The notes below the pieces were generated by a model. The model did not search any database. It was not told the DNA's origin and saw nothing but the letters and a program-made list of their open reading frames with translations. Positions 46,488 to 52,451 of a DNA stretch of 52,451 nt are shown piece by piece (positions within the stretch are counted from its first letter, which is position 1; every line of letters begins with the position of its first letter). Origin of the DNA: Clostridia bacterium. GTDB taxonomy: Bacteria > Bacillota > Clostridia > Oscillospirales > CAG-272. The stretch covers positions 1 through 52,451 of the forward strand of contig JAFSGU010000059.1 in assembly GCA_017440665.1 (NCBI GenBank), given 5' to 3'. A program made the translations under genes and the position numbers.

Positions 46488-49262
46488 ATGAATGCAAAAA
46501 GAATTTTGGCATTTGTCCTTTCATGCATCATGCTGCTTGGCACGTGCGTGATGGGAATTGGTGCCGCTGAAGAAAAGCTGCCCTTTACCGACGTTCCCGA
46601 GAATGAATGGTTTTACGGAGCAGTAGAGTACGTTTATGCAAACGGACTTATGAACGGTACGGGTAACGGAAGCGTATTCTCACCCAAAATGAATCTGACA
46701 CGAGGAATGGTAGTAACCGTTCTTTACAGAAATGACTCATCTCCCGCCGGCAAATATCCAAATGTTTTTGCTGACGTTGCAGAGGGTACGTACTACGCTA
46801 CAGCCGCGGCATGGGCGTACAAGAACGCGGTCGTAACCGGTACGGGCTTTGACGAATGGGGCGATCCTCTTTTCTCCCCCGACCGCAATATCACCCGTCA
46901 GGAGCTTGCGGCAATGTTTGCAAGATACGCGGCGTACCGTCACGTTGATACGACCAAGAACACAGCGGAGCTTGACAGCTTCCCCGACAGCGGAAAGGTT
47001 GCGTCCTGGGCTGAAAAGGAATTCAAGTGGTCGTCAGGTACGGGTATCATCACGGGTAAGGCGAACGGAGGCGTGACGACTCTCGCTCCCGAGGATCTTG
47101 CTACACGTGCTGAATTTGCAACGATGATCCAGCGTTATAACGTAAAGGATGACGCACGTGAATTTTCATATCTTCACGCGTACGAGACCCCTGTACTGAA
47201 ATCTCAGTATACCGAAAAGGAATACCTCCCCGTAACGGATGCTGACGTCTACGTTTCCGTTGACGGCAGTGATAAGAACGACGGTTCATTTGAAAAGCCC
47301 CTTGCTACGTTTGAGGCAGCTGTTGAAAAGGTGCGCGAGATCAAGGCTACAAAGAAAACGGGCGGGATCGTGGTTGCCTTTATGGCAGGCGAATACGAGG
47401 CTCCTGTAGACCTTGTACTCACCTCTGCAGATGCAGGTACTGCTGAATGTCCCATCTCCTACGTGAAGTACGGCGACGGTGAGGTAATATTCAATGCGGG
47501 CATGAGCTTTTCATCAGAGGATTTCACTGCGTTAACCGACGCTGAGCGTGAGATGTTCCCCGCAGAGGCACAGAACAAGATCAAAAAGATAGATCTTGGA
47601 AAGTATGGGCTTGATGCATCAAAGCTTACTGAAGACAATGCGGTGTTTGCAGGCGAGGAGAGAATGGATCTTGCCCGTTGGCCGAACAAAACCATTAAGG
47701 GGAATGACGATTTCGTTGACAAGCATTATGTTGCTTCAGTCAACATAGAGGATAAAAGCTTGGTTCTCAGAGACAGTGTGGCTGACAGGCTTAACAAATA
47801 CCATAACATTGATGATATGTATATGCTGGGATATTACAAGTACGACTGGTCTTATTCACAGGGAAAGATCATAGCATATGATGCTGAGACAGGTACTATA
47901 AAGCCTACGATCAACGGATACGGTCTCGGAACTTCCAGCGAATTCAATCTTCCTTGCTTCTATTTCTACAACATCCCCGATGAGCTTGACAGAGCTGATG
48001 AGTATTACATCGACCGTAAGACGGGAACACTTTACGTAATGGATCCTAAGGGAACGTACACTTTAGCCAAGACAGGTCAGATGATGACTATGACGGATAC
48101 GGACTACGTAAGCTTTGTTGGTCTCGAGTTCTGCTACGGAACAGGAACGTTTATGTCTGCAACGGAATCTGATCACGTTACATTCGACAGACTTTACGTT
48201 CACAATATGCGCAGTAAGGGTATTTCCATAACCGGTGATAAAGTTACTGTTACCTCTTCCGAATTCTATGACGTAGGTGCAAGAAACGTTGAACTTGTAT
48301 CGGGTGACAGAAATACTCTTACCAAGGGTAACAGCGAGATCGTTAACTGTCTCTTCGACAAGTTTGGATCTGTTGAAAAGACGGGTCAGTCCGCGATCTA
48401 CGTCTGGGGATGCGGTATCCGTATCGCACACAACGAGATATGTAACTCCTCCAATATGGGTATCTACTACAGCGAATACATCCAGGCAAGTAACTATATT
48501 ACCATTGAGTACAACTACATCCACAACGTAGTAACTCAGACTAATGACTCCGGTGCTATCTACGGCGGACGTAACCTTGCAGGTCACGGCTCCGTAGTCA
48601 GATATAATCTGATAAGCAATATCGGTGATGCTGATGAGGGATACAATCCGATCGCAATTTATCTTGATGACTATATGTCCGGTCAGGAAGTGTACGGCAA
48701 TATTATTTTCAGCAGTGCAGGCGGAAACTCCATCTTTATGCACGGAGGACGCGAGAATAAGATACACGATAATATTTTCATCACGTTAAAGGGTAGTGCA
48801 TGGCAGTCTGACGTCAGACTTAACTCAGAGGATCACGAGATAATGGCTGACAGAACTGAAGACTTTACAAAGCCTATCGGAGACCATGAGCATTTAATGA
48901 TCTTGGAGCTTGTTCCCTTCAGAAGCGAGATATGGGCACAGCATTTCCCCACTCTTGCGAAATGCAAGTACGACAAACAAGAACCCATGGCATCCATTAA
49001 GGATGACATAGATTTCATTATCAATTCCTCTTACAATGAGGTGTACGATAACCATTCGTTTACAAGCGATGTTGGACTTAAGAGTGAGTATCTCACTGAA
49101 TTCAGTGACAACGTGCGTAAGCATGCCACGAGAATCGAAGAAAACAAAAAATATACACTTGAAGAAAATCCCTACTTTGTCGATCCTACCCACGGTGACT
49201 ATACCGTAAAGGATGGCGCAGGTATTCTTGACATTCAGTATGAGAAGATCGGTAGATATTGA
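46488..49262 (+). CDS. secreted SLH-domain + right-handed beta-helix protein (GH141-like), paralog 2
   Basis: Same architecture; LARWPN, DSGAIY, IYLDDY, IGRY. Confidence 0.88.
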   Translation: MNAKRILAFVLSCIMLLGTCVMGIGAAEEKLPFTDVPENEWFYGAVEYVYANGLMNGTGNGSVFSPKMNLTRGMVVTVLYRNDSSPAGKYPNVFADVAEGTYYATAAAWAYKNAVVTGTGFDEWGDPLFSPDRNITRQELAAMFARYAAYRHVDTTKNTAELDSFPDSGKVASWAEKEFKWSSGTGIITGKANGGVTTLAPEDLATRAEFATMIQRYNVKDDAREFSYLHAYETPVLKSQYTEKEYLPVTDADVYVSVDGSDKNDGSFEKPLATFEAAVEKVREIKATKKTGGIVVAFMAGEYEAPVDLVLTSADAGTAECPISYVKYGDGEVIFNAGMSFSSEDFTALTDAEREMFPAEAQNKIKKIDLGKYGLDASKLTEDNAVFAGEERMDLARWPNKTIKGNDDFVDKHYVASVNIEDKSLVLRDSVADRLNKYHNIDDMYMLGYYKYDWSYSQGKIIAYDAETGTIKPTINGYGLGTSSEFNLPCFYFYNIPDELDRADEYYIDRKTGTLYVMDPKGTYTLAKTGQMMTMTDTDYVSFVGLEFCYGTGTFMSATESDHVTFDRLYVHNMRSKGISITGDKVTVTSSEFYDVGARNVELVSGDRNTLTKGNSEIVNCLFDKFGSVEKTGQSAIYVWGCGIRIAHNEICNSSNMGIYYSEYIQASNYITIEYNYIHNVVTQTNDSGAIYGGRNLAGHGSVVRYNLISNIGDADEGYNPIAIYLDDYMSGQEVYGNIIFSSAGGNSIFMHGGRENKIHDNIFITLKGSAWQSDVRLNSEDHEIMADRTEDFTKPIGDHEHLMILELVPFRSEIWAQHFPTLAKCKYDKQEPMASIKDDIDFIINSSYNEVYDNHSFTSDVGLKSEYLTEFSDNVRKHATRIEENKKYTLEENPYFVDPTHGDYTVKDGAGILDIQYEKIGRY

Positions 49263-49276
49263 TCTGTAAAAGCAAC

Positions 49277-49312
49277 GAGCCGTACGCCTGTGGGTGTACG
49301 GCTCAACTTTTT
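49277..49312 (+). terminator. intrinsic terminator
   Basis: GAGCCGTACGCC / GGTGTACGGCTC stem plus T-run. Confidence 0.7.
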
Positions 49313-49331
49313 GTTTGTGCGGCCAAGTTTA

Positions 49332-49360
49332 TTGACTTTAAGAGCTAACTGCTGTATAAT
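49332..49360 (+). promoter_or_regulatory. sigma-A promoter
   Basis: TTGACT-17bp-TATAAT. Confidence 0.75.
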
Positions 49361-49400
49361 GAAGATAGTATCAAAATTCCAAATTACAAGGAGACATAAA

Positions 49401-52076
49401 ATGAACGCAAAAAGATCTTTATCGGCACTTCTTGCCCTTATCATACTTCTCACCACGTGTGTGATGGGTGTGAGTGCGGCTGAAGAAAAGCTGCCCTTTA
49501 CCGACGTTCCCGAGAACGAGTGGTACTACGGCGCGGTAGAGTTCGTGTATGAAAACGGACTTATGAACGGTACGGGTAACGGCTCAACCTTCTCACCCAT
49601 GGCAAAGCTGACAAGAGGTATGGTTGTAACCGTGCTTTACCGCAACAACTACTCTCCCGCTGTTGCTAATGATGAGATATTCGTTGACGTTGCAAAGGGT
49701 CAGTACTACGCAAAGGCGTCCGCATGGGCGTACGAAAACGGTATCGTTACAGGTACGGGCTTTGACGATTGGGGCGAGCCCATCTTCTCTCCCGACCGAA
49801 ACATCACCCGTCAGGAGCTTGCGGCCATCTTCGGCAGATACGCAAGTTTCAAGAACGTTGACGTAGACAAGAATACCGCAGACATTACAAAATTCCCCGA
49901 CAGCGGCAAGGTTGCGTCCTGGGCTGAAAAGGAATTTAAGTGGGCGTCAGGAAACGGCATTATCAACGGTAAGACCTCCGGCGGCGAGAGCTATCTTGCC
50001 CCCACAGATACCGCAACGAGAGCGGAATTTGCTACCATCATTGAGCGTTTCAACAGTGCGGAATTTGAGTACGTGCTCAAATATGCCACACCCGACTACA
50101 ACAGATACCGCGAAAACAAGATGGAGCTTGTAACTGACGCTGACATCTACGTGGCGGTAGACGGTGACGACAGAAACGACGGATCTTTAGAAAAGCCTCT
50201 CGCAAGCTTCGAGGCTGCCCGCGATAAGGTACGCGAGCTGAATGACGGAACGAGAAACGGTATCACCGTTGCCTTCAAGGCAGGCGACTACGGTGCGCTT
50301 AACATAAACTTTACTGAAGAGGATGCAGGTACTGCAGACTGTCCCATCACATACTGCGCTTACGGTGACGGCAAGGTTACCTTCAACAACGGTATGGCTA
50401 TCGCCTCAGGTGAGTTCAAGCCTCTTGATGAGGCTGATAAGAAGCTCTTCGGAGAATCTTACGTGAACGATATCAAGAAGGTATACATCGGCGACAGACT
50501 CGGTGATAACGTAGATATCAGCAGTGTTTATCTCTTCTCCGCAGATGGCTTCTGCAATTTCGCAAGGTTCCCCAACAAGGGTACTGTCGACACCTTCCTC
50601 AGCAACTTCTTTGAGAAGGCAGGCGACTCCTCCATCAAGGTGCTTGTAAGCAAGGAAAAGTTTGATAACTACCATACCTTCGATGGTGTACAGATCGTTG
50701 GTCACTTCATGTACGAGTGGGCAACTGCTAACGCCGGTGTTGTCTCCTACGATAAGGAAATAGGTGTGTTCCAGCTTTCCGGTACTTCAGGCTACGGAAT
50801 CAGCGAAGACAAGGCAGATATAAAGCTTTACATCAACAACGTTTCCGAGGAGCTTGATTTTGAAAAGGAATTCTGGATTGACAGAAATACAGGAATGCTT
50901 TACGTATACAAGCCTGCAGGAAACTACAGCCTTGCAACTTACGGAACGTTCGTGAATATGCTCCATTCCGATTACGTTACCTTTGAAAACCTTGACTTTA
51001 CCACTACCACAGCGAAGGCAATGCACATCTATGCTGACAACGTAACGCTCAGAAACTGTGACATTTCCTACGTTGCAGGTGACATCATGATCCGCTTTGA
51101 TAACGCAGGTGTTTCAAACTGTGTTGTTGAGGGATGTAACTTCTCTTACCTTGCAGGCAGCGGTATCCGTATCGACGGTACCTCTCCCGAGCTTGTAAAT
51201 GACGGCAACAAGTTTATCAACAACGGCTTTGACAACTACTGTATCGTTTACACCAGCGGTAACGGACTCCATATCAACCATTGTATGGGCACGCTCGTTG
51301 CAAATAACGTATTCTCCAACTCTCCCCGTACAGGTCTTGACGTATACGGATGTATCGATTGTGTAATTGAGTACAACGTATTCGACAACGTAATGACCAA
51401 CTCTGCCGACGGCGGCGCACTTTACTTCGGCGGAACAAGATGGGGCCGTGCCAACATCGTAAGATACAATCTGTTTACCAACATCAAGGTTGGCGCAGGT
51501 ATCTTCACGATTTATCTTGACGACGGCACCTCCGGTCAGATTCTCTACTCCAATATCTTCTACAACTCCGGTGACTATTCCATTATGATCTCCGGCGGAC
51601 GTGATAATCAGCTTTATGACAACATCACTATCGTTGAGGACGGAAACCGCAAGGGATTCTGGACACATGATAAGTATTACAACATGTGGCATGACGGAGA
51701 GCTTGATCCCGGCAGATGGAATGAGATCGCTGACGATTACGTCAGAATGCAGAATGAGAGCGATCCCGTAAAGCTTAACTTCTATAAGACTCGCTTCCCC
51801 GAGGTGTTCACAATGATCCTTACCTTTGAGGATTACAAGGATTCTAACTGCATGATCAACCCCAAGAACTACTACTCAAAGAACTATGTCTTCGGAAGCA
51901 CTCATGTATACCGTCAGAGCGCACTTGACTGCTCTACGATCATCGAGAACAAGGATGATATTTCACTCGATACCAACGATTATTTCGTAAATCCCTCTAT
52001 TGGTGACTACTCCATCAAGGATGGCGCGGACTTTGCAGATAATCACTTCGACAAGATCGGACGTATCGCTCCGTGA
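49401..52076 (+). CDS. secreted SLH-domain + right-handed beta-helix protein (GH141-like), paralog 3
   Basis: ATG 49401 after AAGGAG (same MNAK start as its paralogs); FARFPN, DGGALY, IYLDDG. Confidence 0.88.
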   Translation: MNAKRSLSALLALIILLTTCVMGVSAAEEKLPFTDVPENEWYYGAVEFVYENGLMNGTGNGSTFSPMAKLTRGMVVTVLYRNNYSPAVANDEIFVDVAKGQYYAKASAWAYENGIVTGTGFDDWGEPIFSPDRNITRQELAAIFGRYASFKNVDVDKNTADITKFPDSGKVASWAEKEFKWASGNGIINGKTSGGESYLAPTDTATRAEFATIIERFNSAEFEYVLKYATPDYNRYRENKMELVTDADIYVAVDGDDRNDGSLEKPLASFEAARDKVRELNDGTRNGITVAFKAGDYGALNINFTEEDAGTADCPITYCAYGDGKVTFNNGMAIASGEFKPLDEADKKLFGESYVNDIKKVYIGDRLGDNVDISSVYLFSADGFCNFARFPNKGTVDTFLSNFFEKAGDSSIKVLVSKEKFDNYHTFDGVQIVGHFMYEWATANAGVVSYDKEIGVFQLSGTSGYGISEDKADIKLYINNVSEELDFEKEFWIDRNTGMLYVYKPAGNYSLATYGTFVNMLHSDYVTFENLDFTTTTAKAMHIYADNVTLRNCDISYVAGDIMIRFDNAGVSNCVVEGCNFSYLAGSGIRIDGTSPELVNDGNKFINNGFDNYCIVYTSGNGLHINHCMGTLVANNVFSNSPRTGLDVYGCIDCVIEYNVFDNVMTNSADGGALYFGGTRWGRANIVRYNLFTNIKVGAGIFTIYLDDGTSGQILYSNIFYNSGDYSIMISGGRDNQLYDNITIVEDGNRKGFWTHDKYYNMWHDGELDPGRWNEIADDYVRMQNESDPVKLNFYKTRFPEVFTMILTFEDYKDSNCMINPKNYYSKNYVFGSTHVYRQSALDCSTIIENKDDISLDTNDYFVNPSIGDYSIKDGADFADNHFDKIGRIAP

Positions 52077-52140
52077 GTCAATAAAAACGCATCCCGAATT
52101 GGCGCGATACTCTTAACGGAGAATTCGTAAGCACAGAATG

Positions 52141-52168
52141 TCGGCAGAGAACTTGTTTTCTCTGCCGA
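52141..52168 (+). terminator. hairpin / probable terminator
   Basis: TCGGCAGAGAA / TTCTCTGCCGA 11-bp stem. Confidence 0.55.
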
Positions 52169-52188
52169 TTTGTGTTATAATGAAGTTC

Positions 52189-52213
52189 GTAGGGCGGGGG
52201 CTTGCTCCCGCCG
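52189..52213 (+). repeat. GTAG-type REP-like palindrome
   Basis: GTAG followed immediately by a GC-rich imperfect hairpin GGCGGGGGC-TT-GCTCCCGCC. Confidence 0.6.
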
Positions 52214-52424
52214 TGACAAAAGATTTATACCGATAAGGCTACAGAGGGGTATGGGCTTTGCCCGATGCGTTTGTAATACAAAGGCGAAACTGGCAATAAA
52301 ACGGAACGATAAATAAGAATTTGTAGGTATGTAAAGTCATGTTGCGGAAATGTAAAGTTGGTGCGGTGGTGTTTTTGCTCGTTTTTTCATATAATGAAGT
52401 CATCACAGCCAAGGAGGTTTTTCT

Positions 52425-52451
52425 ATGACATTGTCAGAAAAAATAGTTAGC
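52425..52451 (+). CDS. start of a CDS running off the window (MTLSEKIVS..., possibly an XRE-family HTH protein)
   Basis: AAGGAGG RBS, ATG, and an N-terminus typical of HTH_3 proteins; only 9 codons visible. Confidence 0.55.

Overview
Chromosomal window from a spore-forming Clostridia-type bacterium (spo0A, a probable spoVM, SLH proteins, Firmicutes-type 6S RNA). Housekeeping blocks: yybS-gdpP-rplI-dnaB-dxs and rimP-nusA-ylxR-ylxQ-infB. infB carries a 1-nt frameshift and a 16 x AEKAA repeat. Accessory content: an AT-rich left-end cluster of small unrelated genes; three tandem paralog arrays (3 DUF5596/GNAT-like acyltransferases, 2 DUF1080 proteins, 3 SLH + beta-helix GH141-like proteins); an orphan glycyl-radical enzyme with an unusual GCNQ motif; and a SecB-like protein. 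The most unusual signal is non-coding. Two ~170-bp intergenic elements (373-541 and 46279-46443) have different core sequences but the same design: 4 direct copies of an 8-mer separated by mini-hairpins, a short centre, then 4 inverted copies separated by mini-hairpins. They are predicted to fold into a ladder of stacked four-way junctions and are a candidate undescribed structured ssDNA/RNA or non-autonomous mobile element family. No CRISPR array, rRNA, tRNA, transposase or integrase was recognised. All family assignments come from motif recognition by eye; no searches were run.
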